64,000 nt of DNA from contig JAYWIR010000062.1 in NCBI GenBank assembly GCA_036172245.1, positions 310,001 through 374,000 of the forward strand. Reading direction: 5' to 3'. Shown here piece after piece: positions 34,000 to 46,599 of the stretch; the stretch's first letter is position 1, and each line of letters starts with the position of its first letter. The translations under genes and the position numbers were made by a program. Below the pieces are notes generated by a model. That model made no database searches and was not told the origin of the DNA. It worked only from the letters and a program-made list of their open reading frames with translations. Origin of the DNA: Raillietiella orientalis (Eukaryota).

Positions 34000-36050
34000 T
34001 TCTTTCTTTCTTCCCCACCTCGCCCTCGGAAAATCCTCGGTCCAAACAAAGATCACGTTGCAGCATTGGCTGGAAGATCGGACAAGGGCGATTGTGTGCC
34101 TCGGTGAAGTGGAAGCGTATGTCACCGTGGGGATGCCGCCGTACAAGTCGGCACCCGAACCACCCCCCGTGCTTTCGTTCGAGGCTGCGCAATAGAAGGC
34201 GCGGACGTTTCGCGCTCTTCCGCGGGTTCGCTCCTGGTGGGTTCCCGGGAACGCAGAAACGTTCGGCATCGGAAAGCGCCTGCTGGCGCCATTCTGATGC
34301 GCAGCAGCAGCAGCTCCCAAGCGAGGTCGGCTGTCGCCTTCCGCGTGCATCGCACAGCCGGAGAAGTCGCGTGCGCCTGCGCGAGACGGGAGCGCGTCAC
34401 TTCGCGTGGACGTTCCTGCCGTCCACCCCGCGGGCCATCCCCCACTCGCGGCGTCGGGCCCCTTGGGATTTTCGAGTGGCCGGTCGGATTCCCGGGTGGA
34501 CGTGACGCAGGCATTCGAACGCGGGGCGAGCGCTGCGGGACGTGCTGCAACCGCAAGGGACGCTTCCTCCAGGCAGAGCGCACCGAAGTGCCTTCGGACG
34601 GTGCTCCCGGCCGGCGGGTCCCCGCAAGAACACACAGACCCCCTCGGTCTTACCGGCAAGCAAGCAGATCGATGCAAGCGAAGAACGGGACTTCGTTCCG
34701 GCAAGGAACTCCGCGCTTGCGTTCCGGTGACGACGTATGGCCGAAGGCTATTTGTCGCCGGTCGCTCACTATTGGTCGTGTCATTCGACCGTTGTTACCG
34801 GACCGTCGTCCGCTGATGGGCTGAAGAGACTTCCAGGACCGAGTCCTCCCACAAATGAGCGTGCCCGGGCAGAAGCAGCAGCGGACCGAAGAACGGACGG
34901 AAACGGTGCGCGTCCTCCTGCTTTCCCGAGTGGCGGAAGACTCGTGCCCGATGCCCGAAGAGGTACAAGAAGTAGTCCTTGAAAAACATGCTTTCCTTCT
35001 TTTCTCTTTTTCCTCCCGCAACAGGATGGGTGGGACCTTGGATTCGCTCTGGACCCAGCCTACGCACATGTGAGAACGGCGAGCGGGCGTCTCCCCCCCC
35101 CCCCCTTTTCTCCCGTCTCTCCGCACAAAGGTTTCCGGAAGCAACCGCAGCGAGAACTCCTCTCCGCAGCGCACAAAACGAACGTCGCGAGATTTCGCTC
35201 GGAGCAGGAAAACCTGCGGCGATTACTCCGCAGTCCAGGAAGTCCCTTGCGCGCTGCAACCGGGACTCGGGCGCCCTCATCGGAGGAGAGGGAGAAGCCT
35301 TCCATTTGGCGTGCAGCGGACCGCAAATCCTCCCTCGTCCGCGGCGAACGTTTTGCTTGGCATTCGGATTAGGGGCCACCCGAAGATGCCTTCCAGATGC
35401 AGTCCAACTCCGCGGTGTTCTCCAGCCATCTGAGCTCTGCCGGAGCACACCGGCGCGGTCACAGGGAAAGAGAGGCGGAGCTGTCGAGCTAAGGGGATCC
35501 GCATGTCGGGCGTGGCCTCTTTCGCGGCGACGATCGACCCCCCGAAAAGGATGCTCGTCGTGTCCGGAACGTGTGAAACGCACAAGAGTTCGCCCCTCTT
35601 CGGGGATGCAAGGACGAAGGTGTGGCGGTGTCCTGGGCAGTGGCGGCGGGGGCAGCAGCCACCTGGAACCGTGGAGAAGTGGGGCACTTCTTGAACTCGG
35701 CGGATACGTGGATGCCGTCGGTCAGTCCGTCGACCCGCTGTCGACGGAGCAACGACAGGACGTGAATGATGTCATCAGAAATTGGGGATCTGTCGCTGAT
35801 GGGGCCCGGCGAAGGTCCGCGAAAAGGGACTCCAGTGGAGAATTTCGCGCGTGGTATCGCCATCCTTCTCAGTCTACGGAGCTCTGCCAACCGTCTTCGG
35901 ACGCTCTCCAGCCTTGGCTGCCGCCACAGAGGGATTCGAATTCTTGTCAGACGAGGTCAGCGCGGACGCTGCTTTGATGCTGCCGCATTAGTCTTCCTCT
36001 GGAGACAGACGTGGTGCCGATGGAAGCGTGTGACGAGCGAACTTAAGAAA
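34000..36050 (+). mobile_element. Decayed Tx1/L1-like element (ORF1 knuckle-like segment and start of the APE endonuclease)
   Basis: SRKSLARCNRDSG (~35240, knuckle-like) and ARGIAILL (~35850, resembles the APE SRGVAIL motif). Boundaries approximate. Confidence 0.4.
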
Positions 36051-36073
36051 ACACACACACACACACACACACA
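36050..36073. repeat. (AC)n microsatellite
   Basis: Direct reading of the sequence. Confidence 0.9.
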
Positions 36074-36699
36074 TAAGATACCAGTCGTCTGGAATCTCAA
36101 GGGTAAGACTCCACGCAAGCGGAAAGCGCACTTTCCGGCCATTCCGTCTTCTCTGGGGCGCTACTTGTGGAAAGTTTTTTGTTTTGTTTTTGACGTTTCA
36201 CTAGAGGATTCCTCCGTCGGCCCGAAGATTCTTGCAGGCTGAGAGCGCTGCGCCGCCCGAACGCCGTGTCCAGATTCGAGCTGTTTTCAAAGACCTCAGG
36301 TCTTCCCCGGGGTATTTGGCTAAGCGCTGCCGCATCCGAGAACTGTCGGCAACGCCCACTGCGTCCCGCGGTTTCTCTGCATTACGTCCCATTACGTCAC
36401 TCGGGGGGCATGCGAGAACCTCTGGAGAGGCGGGCTGCCTTGAGAGGAGGAAGGGGAGAGAAGCAACTTCTGTGTCGGCCTTCTGCGTTCCCAGGCGGCG
36501 AAGGTTTCGAGGGACTCGGAACGGGCGACGAAACTTCCGGGTGAAGAAGAACTGCAGCTTCCGACTGGCACAAGTTGGCCGCTTCTCCCTACCGAGCCCC
36601 TCCCACTCAAGAGTCAGCTCAGCGGGGGTTTCTTTAAAAGCGAGCGGCGAATTATCTCCGGGCGTCCTTCCCCCCAAGCTGACCTGCAGCGCCATGTCT

Positions 36700-38150
36700 C
36701 CCTCCTGAAAAGGGAACTGCCAGCCCACGTTTTAGCCGGATGCTTCTGGTACGGATGCGAAGATGGCTTCACCGTTGCTGGAGCGGGATCGAAGCGGAGA
36801 TGGGGAGAGCCATCGACGGTGGAAGGCGCTCTGGAGCGGCGAGCGCCTGCGGACCGAGCGCCATCCCGCTCGGACACCGGAACCAGCTCCCGTCTGGCAA
36901 AAGAACTCGGGACGGGGGTCATGGTACCCCTCCGCGCATCCCCCGCCACCACCACCACGGGACTCTGTCGCAGTTTCCGAGAGGACAGCGGTGTGCCAGC
37001 GCTCGCAGATCTTCGCCTCGGCGACGCCAGCACGAGCTCGCGCACAAAGCAGCAAGGGGGCGCGTGCTTGCGGACGGACGGGCCACTTCTGCCTCGTTTC
37101 GGACCTTCGAGTGGCCACTCGAGTGCGGTTTGCCAGATGCCGTCCACAACGACAGCCCCACCGGCGATTCCACTCGCGGAGTCCAGCATCCGCCCCACGC
37201 TTACAAGAAGCACCTTCATGCACCCCCGCAGGCAAAGCTAACTCTGGGGCAGGGGGGAGAGGGCCATAAATCGTGCAGCCGCGGCGACCAGGGTGACGGA
37301 GCCGCTCCCGACCACCTCCCGATGCTCGCAAAACTATGCCAGGAATTTTTTCTTGTAGCAGCGAAGGGTCGCGATCCTGCCGAAGTGCCTGTCTGCACCT
37401 GCAGAGGCCGCCCACAACTCCCCGAGGAACACGAGGGGGGTTGCGTTGCCCCAGCCGCGCATGCCGGCCCGCGTGGGGTAGCAGCAGCGGACCGGAGCGG
37501 CGTCTCTCTTGCAGGAGGGAACCGATGTCGGGGTCCTCCCAACATCTCTGGGACCGCCTGCCCGCTCAGCAGAGGCGGAGGAGCGCCCCCATTCCCCCTC
37601 CATGCGCGTTCCTCAGGGCGCCCGACCCGACTCACGCGCCCGCGCTGGCCTCCCACCCTCCGTCTTGCAGTCTCTTCTTGCGTGCTCTCGACGACGGCCG
37701 CTCTGAGTGGATCCATGCGGCACCGGCGGCTCTCGGGCGTCCGTGGAACGAGCAAGCAAATTCACCCGCAGCGGCGATTCACGACAGGGAAGGAGGAAGG
37801 GGGTGGGAGGGACAGAAGAGAACAGGTCGGGGACCCCCTCGCTGCTTCTGCTTCCCATCCGCTGACAACCTGGGGAGACAGCGGAGGCTCGGCAGACGGT
37901 CGCTGCTTCGGATCTCAAGGCGCAGACTGCCTGCCCGCGCCGTGCCAGAGTGGCCAACGCACCCCTCGTCGACGCTGCGTCCGAAACGCGTTTGGGCTCT
38001 CCCGGAATCGGGGAACGCGCAGAAGAAAAACGCGAGGCGCTTCTTCAACTCTCCGAGCTCTGCGGAGATCGTGACGGCGTGGGGAGGGGAGAAGGAGGGA
38101 GAAAGAGAAGGCTCCACGCTCTTCCCCCATCATCCACCATTCTTCGCATC
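36700..38150 (+). mobile_element. Decayed L1/Tx1-like APE endonuclease region
   Basis: Colinear APE-like motifs DSGVPAL, ADGRA, TFMH and PDHLPML (~37305, SDH motif). Confidence 0.45.
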
Positions 38151-38199
38151 AGCAGCAGTTCAGTAGCCCGTTAATACTTTACCGATCGAACAGAAGATC

Positions 38200-41100
38200 C
38201 TTTCTCTTGAAACGGGATATTCAGGAGGAAGCGACCGTGTCTTTCGCTTCGTTTAACAGAGGATGCTGCATCTGGCAGCGCTTCGATCCCGCGCGCACAT
38301 GCAGCGCTGCCTGCTGGTGCGAGCTTCCCCCCGCCCTCCCCCTCCATGATCAGCTTTCCGCAAAGGCTCCTTCTGTCCTTGCCGTTAGGCCCGCACCATG
38401 AGGCTCAGCTTCCCTCACCCCCAGTACGTTCGTCGGCGGTCCAACCAGCGCCCGTTTCCAAGGAGGTCCGTCACGGAAATCGCCTTCCTGAGAGAGTGCC
38501 GGAGGGACCTCAGCCTCGTGGTTGCGACGGAAGGGGAGGGGCGTTCGCACCTCGAAGAGGACCAGGCGTTCCGGTGGAGTTTCCGACACCCTGAGGGAGA
38601 AAACTGTGCCTGGTACAGGATGGGTGCCAGCAACGAAGGCGTGCCGTTTCCTTCCCTCCCCCTCCCCCCCTTTTTTTTGTTGTTATGGCTGCGTGCAAGC
38701 TTGGGTTCATGGTGACTGCAGCCGCCGCTTCCACCTCAAACAAGCCAGTGGAGGATCAATTCGTCGACCATAAATCGCTCTGACGCGGATGATGATAGAA
38801 GACGGAAGTTTGCTGCTTCCTGCTTATCCGTCGGCATTCGTGCCCGAGGACCGGCGATTCGGGCTGATTGGATCTGCGCTGCTGACTACTGACTACCTGA
38901 GATGTGCACATCTCTGGAGACTTCGCCCAGCATTCAGAGAGACCATTCGGACCATTTCGGTCCTCGGACCGTGCGGCCATCAATTTCAATCCTGCTTCAG
39001 CGGGCGTCTCCGTGTGCTCCTTCCTGGGCAGCCTCCGCGCTGTGCTGAGCATCTATCGGAGCGCGGGATCAGAAGATTAAAGTCCCTCTGGCTGCGAAAA
39101 ACCAGAAACAAACAGAGGAGGAAGGGAACGGTTCGGCGTTCAAGGACCACCTGGAGACTCCATCAAGAAGGAAGGACCCGACATGCTTTGCTCCCCTCGC
39201 GTGCGATTCGCAGCAACCAGCAATCCGCAGAGGTGGCGGCCGGAACCACCGATGCTCGCAACGGCCCCGGGAGTTTCGGAGCGCCAGGAGATTCTGTGCC
39301 GTATGGAGTCAACAAACGACCTGCGGGACCAAAGCGGATGGCATGGACGAGGCGATGCTCGATGGTTGGCGCAGGGAAAAGGCGAGCGACCACAAAACGG
39401 CTGCTCTTATCGAGGAGAGGCGAATGCTACAAAGCGTGCGGGAAGCTCAGGTCAACTGCTGCGGAAAACATCCCTCGTCTGGATGAATTCAGGTCAGGTC
39501 TGGATGCCGTTGTGCGCTGGCAGACGAGAAGGCCGGACGATGGAGCGAGTCATCACCTCGTCTGAGACTTTCTTATCCCGAAGAGCCACTTCGGGAAGGG
39601 ACTGCAGCTGCATTCAGGGCATGTTGCGAGCTGTCCTACATCTCCCCGCTTCAGTAGATCCAGGCGCGTCCACTTCGCCTCCTCGAGAGGTCACCTTTCG
39701 TTCCGCCCGATCGGAACGCGGAATCGCACACCACGCCACACGTGTGCCCGATACGCTCCTCTTCCCTGCGAGCAGGGCCCGGGGCGTTGAAAACACAGGC
39801 CCTCCCATCGTGGGGATGGCATCCTCCCTCTTCTACCGGAGGCTTCGGGCGGGAGAGACACATCCCAATGGGAGACAAAGGCAAGCAATAAGGTGCTCGA
39901 GTGAACGGCGGGCCGGAAAAAGGGAAACCGGTGCGTGCAACACGCATGAATCGCAAAACGAAAAGCAGGTAGCCCCGAAGCACGCTGCTTCCAACGTGCG
40001 TGCTTTGAAAAAAAGACGGGGGTGGGGGGGGACGTGCACTCACGCACAACCAGCAGGACGGGGTCTGACCTCCAGGTTCTGGCGAACGATCGCCGCTTCC
40101 CGTCGGGCTAGCATCTGAACAAACTGCCGTCGAAATTTCCGTCAGCGTTTCTTTCCGAGCGTTCTTCCTCCCAAGTATCCTCTTGCAAAAGATCTTGAGG
40201 ATCAGGGCACTGGTGGCCAGCGGGCTGTCCGGCTCAACATGCGGAAATGGCTTCCTGCATCTTCCTCCCAAGAGCCTCGCAAGCTTTTTTCAGCACTGGG
40301 CTGGCAACTCGTGGGCGCTGACTGGAAGGATAGTGCGCCGCGATCTCACTTCCGGTGTGGCAACCATGCCCGTGCGGAGGCGATAGGATGGGAACGTGCA
40401 GCCATCTATCGGAAACCTCTACAAGTAACCTCTATGCTCCTAGCTTCTAACGAAGGGTCGGCCATCTTCAACACCGCCCGCGATGCAGGTCTCTTCGGAC
40501 GTCCCGCAGGGCGTTTCCGTTCGCCGCTTTTCCTCGCCGCAGGTCCCGGGAGCTCCCTCCGCAACCTCCGTCAGTCCCCGTGCCAAGTCCCTTCCCCTCC
40601 TGTCGACGTCCAGCGCGCCTGCGCCGAAAAGAGAATGAGCGCACGGGCGGAAGATCCGAGTTCCCACTCCGCGGCGGGTCACTGCACCGACGAGGGAGAG
40701 TAGTTAGGTCTCTCTCCTGCTGCCCCATGAACGGTAGTGCCAGGCTGCAGAAAACCTCTCGAACTTGGGCGAGGAGCCGAGCCCGGGGTTATCGCAGCGG
40801 CGCTTGAGATGCTCCCCCTGCAACGGTTGCTCGCTCCAGGCGATTCTCGTCATCCCACAAGGAAGGCGCATGCGGAGCAAACCTCCCTTGCGGTAGCGCT
40901 GCTGCTCTCCCTGAGGGAGGGAGCAGAGTGGCAGCAGCCTACCTGCAAGATGGGAGATCTTCTGCGAACTTGTTTCTGGAAGGAAAGCTCTGGACAGTTG
41001 GACCACGGATCAGCTAACTGGTGCTCCGACGGCAAGTGCCTCACCCAAAGTACTTTTGAGCGTGGTGCGCTACTAGGAATTCCCCGGGAAGACCTCGAGT

Positions 41101-41700
41101 GGCCCCCAGAGCTCCTGAACGATCACACCCTATCCTCCTCTCAAGTGTGGGGTGGGGAGGAATCGGCGCTTCTGCAGTTGCACTGGGGTCTCCCGTGTAG
41201 CTCCCGCAGACATCACTGGACCCGAGGGAGGGGTGGGGGGTGGACCCGAACTGCAGCAGGTGTGAGGAGCGCGAATCCCTCCGCAGCTGCTCGCGGACTG
41301 CGTTCCCTCTGGGAACGCTCCGCCGCGACCCTGCGGACTCCCGACGGCAGCCCCAGAGACGCCTCTTCGTGCCAGCCGCATCCCTAGCAGCTCTCCGCTG
41401 CCTCCGCGGGACTGTAGCTGCCTGGAGTCCCTCCGAGAGAAGCGAGGACAACGAGGACTCTGTCCACTTATCGGTCCTCTTCCTCGGGATAGCAGCGGGA
41501 TGGAGCCCCCGTCTGGGAAGCGCGCAGCCTGAACTTGCTGGCATCCCCGGATGGATGCAGAGGACGCCCCAAAGAGAACGGAATTCCCTTCTCGAGCCCC
41601 TAAACGTTTCCTCTGTCCATTTTCTTCATTTTCACTTTCGTTTTCACTTCGTGTTCGTTATTGTATTTTCCTTTTGCTCGCTCCCCTCCCCTCTGCTGCC
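38200..41700 (+). mobile_element. Near full-span but deletion-shortened Tx1-like element (copy D)
   Basis: ORF1-like PGQPPRC (~39020), PAGRGLTSRFW (~40050, resembles SPGPDGL..EF), VPQG..SPLF (~40500), zf-RVT-like LHWGLPC..RHHW..VDPNCSRCEERES (~41175-41280), family ORF2 end (41540) and a pyrimidine-rich 3' UTR. Confidence 0.7.
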
Positions 41701-41709
41701 TGCGCAAAC

Positions 41710-42790
41710 TGCATTGACCGGCTTCAGGAGTCAGTTTCAGCACGAGGGAAGGATCCACGGCTCGAACGAGGCGGAGTGCGCCTGCTTCCAGAAAGGGAGG
41801 CGCGTTCGACAGCCCCCTGCGGGAGACCGTATGCAGCCCACGCGAACTGCTGTGGGCCTCGTCCACCCCCCCTCGACCCAGTGCTTCCCTCCTTAAAAAC
41901 GCTAGGGACAGCGACCTCCCAGAAAGATGGGAAGTGTCCTGCCGTGTCCGAGGCAGAAAGAAACTGTTAAGCGCGTGGAAAGCTCGGCAGCCAGCAGACG
42001 TTGAGACGCCGGGTGCCCCGCCGAAAGGGCTTGTACGCTAGGGCGAGCTGATCGCGATACCTCTGGAGGAGGTGAAGTGGCCCCCAGCGTGTTGGGACAG
42101 TGACACCCTCCCCCTGAAGTGGCAAGAGGCGGCGTTGCTGATGTTGCATCGGGAAATCCCTTGCAGAGCGCGCCTCCATCATTGGATGCTTGGGAGTGTG
42201 GATACCAATTGCGAAAGTTACGGAGAAAAGGAGGAGACCTTCCCGCACTTATTAACAGACTGTCGGCCTCCGAGCCCTCCGGCCTGGGATCGACTCTCGT
42301 AGATCCTAAAAATCCCACGGCAGGCGGCCCTACGAACATTTTCCAGCGCCTCTTCATGGATGACGCCCTGCTGCCAGCCGCATCTCCAGCAGTTCTCTGC
42401 TGTGCATGCGGAATCGTGGCGAGCTGAAACGCCAGAAAAAGAGGCCACCGTAGCAGGGATGCCATCCATTGGACGAGAATCTTCTTGAAGACCGCTTCCC
42501 GATGGTCCCAACTGCAACCAAAGAATGCAGAACTTGCCTCAGCATCCTGAATAGGATGCAGAGGACGCCTCCAGGCAAACAGCGATCCCCACCCCGCCTT
42601 CCCTCCCTAAGAAACATTCCCCCCACCCCCACCCGGCTCTTTTTCTCTTTTTTGTTTGTTTGTTTTCTTTTTATGGTTTTCCCTCCCCCTTCGCCGCTGG
42701 AGCGGACCTCACCGGTCCGCGTACCGGTTTTGGCAAGTCTTTCGCGCGATATTGCAAAAAATAAGCTTTATTATAATTTTTTATAATAAA
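41710..42790 (+). mobile_element. 5'-truncated Tx1-like element (copy B) with intact 3' end
   Basis: LPLKWQEAALLMLHREIPCRARLHHW..VDTNCESYGEKEETFPHLLTDC (zf-RVT), LSILNRMQR, conserved 3' UTR, AATAAA at 42785. Confidence 0.82.
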
Positions 42791-42798
42791 CGGCCCGG

Positions 42799-42931
42799 AA
42801 AGTGCGGAGGTCCGGCAAAGACCCGCCCTCCGCTGCCGGCAACCCGGCAGGTTCTTCGATCAGTGGACCACGTGGTAGGAGCGACCTTGCCTGACACTGC
42901 CTTTGCATGTTTATTACATTAGCCAAAAAAA
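42799..42931 (+). mobile_element. Very short 3'-end-only copy of the same family (copy E)
   Basis: Shares tgccgg..cggcaggttcttc...tggtagga with the copy C 3' UTR (45610-45660) and ends in an A-run. Confidence 0.5.
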
Positions 42932-42939
42932 CGTCCCGG

Positions 42940-45705
42940 AGCAGCCGGGTGGGATGCTGGAAGCCCCTCCTGCGCCGGGAAGGGCGACGGCGACACAACA
43001 CAGCTGACGAACCGCACGCGAAACGGTCAGCGCGCCGTTGCCACGCTCGCTGCGCCCCCCACGACCTCCCTTCGCCGACGCCTGACAGCGGTTCCTTCTG
43101 GCGCGCCTCTTGAGGCCGCCTGCGCGCGTTCCCAACCGGCGTCTTCCGCCCGTCTGGGTGCGCGCGCCAACTTCCTCTTCCTCCTCCTCCCCTCGTGGCT
43201 TCACCGCGTCTCTCGGAACAAGAAAGACGGGCCCCCGGTTCGGCGATGGGGTGGGGGGGGGACAGCAGGGTCTGGCGGAGGAGGGCCCGCCGCGCGCGAA
43301 GAGGAAGCCACCGCCACCCCTCGCGGTCCCACGTCGCCTCGACGACGCTCGCCCTCCGTCGCGTGGGAGACAGGCCGTTTTGCCGGTCTCCCCAGGAAGC
43401 CACGGTCGACGGGGTGTGGCGACGCTCCTGCCGCTTCTTCTTCGTCAGAGATGGACCCCAGACAGCTGGCCGTCCGTGCCCTTTACGCCTCCGCAGATCC
43501 ATGCTTTCGACTCGATGGTCGAGCGGCAGCGATCTGCGGGCAGCGATCCAGTGAGAGCCTCCGTGGTGGTCGGGTGCCCTCCGCTCGATGGTCGAGCGGA
43601 GGGCGCAAATCCTTGCCGCTCGACGCATCACCTTCGCACGGTTCCCCTCCGTTGCCGGGCGACGCGATGGGAGTGGACGTTGCGTGAAAGCCGCGCACGA
43701 GGGGCAGGCAGAGACCCGCGTCTTCTTCGCCGAGCTGGGCGCAGGGTCTGGCTGCGAGGCGCGGCGACCCCTGGAGGCTGAGCTGAGCAAAGGACCGCGG
43801 CAGAGATCCTCCTGAACCGCATGCTTCCCCCCCCCCCCCCTACCCCGGGAAGAGGCGCGCTTCCTGCACCGGTTGGCACCCCTCGCGACGAACGCCGGCA
43901 CAGCCGGGCGAGCGAAGGAGTTCTACAGACAACCGCCAGGGGCGGGGCGATCGAGTCATTCCTGCACCTGCCGCTGCAGAACCGCGGCTGCTTTCCTTCT
44001 TCATGCGTGCGCGGGAGAGGTGGAGGTCCCTCGGGTGCCCCCTTCCCCTCCCTCTAGAATGGATCTCCCCGCTCCACGCCCCGCGACAGAAGTTTGCTAG
44101 CCCGGGTCGTCCGTTCGCTGCCCACTCGGGCGCGACTTGCCACCTCCCGTGAAGGAGCGGCACGCCAGCAAAAGAGAAGGGGCGGCCGTGCACCCCTCCT
44201 CCTCCCGCGTCGGAAGGGTGAAGGAAAAACCGACCCTTCCTGGAGCAAAGGGGGGGGGGGAGACACCGTGTCCACCGGCGCAGAAGGCTGCGGAGGAAGA
44301 CGCGGCAGCGGTGGCGCCTCTTACCCTCCCCAACTATTCCGGCTAACGCGCTTCCGCTCCCCTCATCCGTTCCCATCGCCCTCAGGGCTCAGTCGACCTG
44401 ACCCCCTTCCAGAACCCATGCCCTGTAGGTGCAGGCTTCCCACGTCCGGCTGCTTGCTGCCGCTGCCATTTTCCTGACGAAGGAGCATCCTTGGCGTGAC
44501 CGGACGAGGGCAGGGACCGAACTGTGACCTGAGGCGAGCTCGAGGACCACGCTCGGGACAGAGGGTTTGGGACCCTCCGGAGGAAGTGGACTCTGAGGAG
44601 GCAGAGGCGGCTTCCTCTCCTCCCGGGAGCCCCTGTGGAATGGAAGCACCCCCGGGCTGGGGCAGAAGCCGGGAAGCCTCCCCCATCGGCGCCGCAAGCA
44701 AGTGGAGCCAAACCTGCCGCCGCTTGCCTAGACCAGGGCGTCCTCAGGTTTCCACCTCGGGGGACATGCGAGGGAAGACCCGTATCTCGGCGAGGGCTCC
44801 CAGCGAGAGCACTCACCGAGAGGACTCTGCGGGCGGGACCGACCGACCGAGGGTGCACGGAGCACTCCCGCGGCGGGAGAAGGGGGAACCGGCGTTTCCC
44901 GACTGGAACTTCCGGCAGCGACTCTGAGGCCTCGGCCTTCTTGGAAGTCACTCCCGTCCGTTCGCGTGGACAACTCGGGAGGTGGCGGACGCCGCGACCC
45001 CGAGTGTCTCACCAAAAAGACTGCTACTCTGGGGGGAGAGCTACTACAAATTCCTCCGAGGAGGTAGGGTGACCCTCAGCGTGTTGGGAGGGTGCTACAC
45101 TCCCCCTAAAGTGGCAGGAGTGGGCGTTGGGGCCTCCCCCTGTGCAACCCCTACCAGCATCTGTGGACACGAGGGTGCGTGGATGCGAACTGTGCCAGGT
45201 AAGAGGAGCGGGAATCCCTCCCGCACCTCCTAGTGGACTGTGTTGCCCCCCGGTCCCTTTGGGGACGCTTTACCGCGACCCTTGGAATCACCGACGGCAA
45301 CGTCAGAAGAGCGTTTGAAAGAGCCTCTTCCTGCACGACGCTCTCACGCCGGCCGCATCCCCAGGAGCACTTTGGTGCCCACGCTGCGGCACCATCCAGG
45401 AGGACAGCGTCAAGATGTCCCCATCTGGGGGCCTCGAAACAGGAACTTGCCGGGATCCTTACAAGGATGCAGAGGACACCCTCGAGCACACAGTGATCCC
45501 TTCCCGAACATCCCCATTTTTTGACAGCATGTTTTTTGTTTTATTTTTTTTTTTCTTTCTGTTTGTCTCCCCTTCCCCTGTGCTACCAAGGCGAACCCCG
45601 CTGGCCTGCGTGCCGGTTCTCGGCAGGTTCTTCCTGTACATCTTGCGACATGGTAGGATCACGCATCTCGCCGCTGACGTCCAAGTTTTACTTTCAATAA
45701 ATAAA
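42940..45705 (+). mobile_element. Decayed Tx1-like element (copy C)
   Basis: 44960-45500 aligns by eye with 41970-42570 (PLKWQE, VDANCAR.EERESLPHLLVDC, LAGILTRMQR). Conserved 3' UTR and AATAAATAAA at 45696-45705. The 5' portion is poorly resolved. Confidence 0.72.
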
Positions 45706-46599
45706 TGCCCCGGCGTGTCTCGGGTGTTAATCGATGCGGAGGGGAGAGCGGGAGGGATCATCGTCTCCGTGGGCTCCTCGGCGGCTTCACTCCTCCTCCC
45801 GCTGACCTCCGGTCACGAGAGATGGCTTCCACCTTGATTGCCACCTCATGGAGCGTCTCCTCTCCCCTCCCCCCCCGCGCCGGGATGCGATTCCGGAGAC
45901 GAGCCACCACGAGGAGACAGGAAGCAACGTCCTTAGCGCGGACTCCGGAGCTCCAGGGAAACGGAGCAGAACCGCCGCCTAGGTCAGGTCACGGCACTTT
46001 CTCTCGGCCACAGTCCACGGGGACCTAAAACAGACTTTCCCTCAGCGTGTGGCACCCTCGGAAGGAGATGCCGGCAGCACCTCAGCTGTTTGCACGTACG
46101 AACGGGAAGGCGGAAAGGTCAAAGAGCAAGCCGCAGTGGAGCCCGGCCTGCAACCGCGTGCTTCACCCCGGCGGCGTGCCTTTTCCTGGAGGATGCTGGA
46201 CGCGCCAGCCGCACGGATGGGGGGGGTTAAAAACAGACAAAAAAGGCGGCACGCGTCCCGCCGCTGCCTTGCCGACGAGCAGCGTCCTGAAGGAGCGGAC
46301 GTTCCCGTGTCCCTACGGATGCGCCCACCGGAACAGTAGAGGCGAAGGAGCGAAAATTCATTCATCGGGAAAACGAGGGAAGCAAAAGGAAAACAAAAGT
46401 CACCGAGGAGAGAAGGGGAGAGAGGGAGGAACGAAGGGGATGAACCAGAAGAAAATGCGCATGCATGAATAAGAGACAGCAGCAGTCGGAAGGCGGTACG
46501 AACGCTGCGTCGAAACGGAGCGAAAAGATAAATAGGAATGGGGACGGTCGCTCCCCGCTGGGCGGGATCCGCGAGCATATCCGGAAGCGGGAGCGAATC

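Noticed and set aside
42983..43045. CUGACGA...GAAA...GUU hammerhead-like core
   Set aside because: Stems I and II do not form. The region folds better as one long hairpin (gcgacggcg/cgccgttgc, gctga/tcagc).
43800..45000. Idea of a non-autonomous subfamily with ORF1 fused to the ORF2 3' end
   Set aside because: Copy B aligns with ORF2 further upstream than first thought, and no shared deletion breakpoint can be shown.
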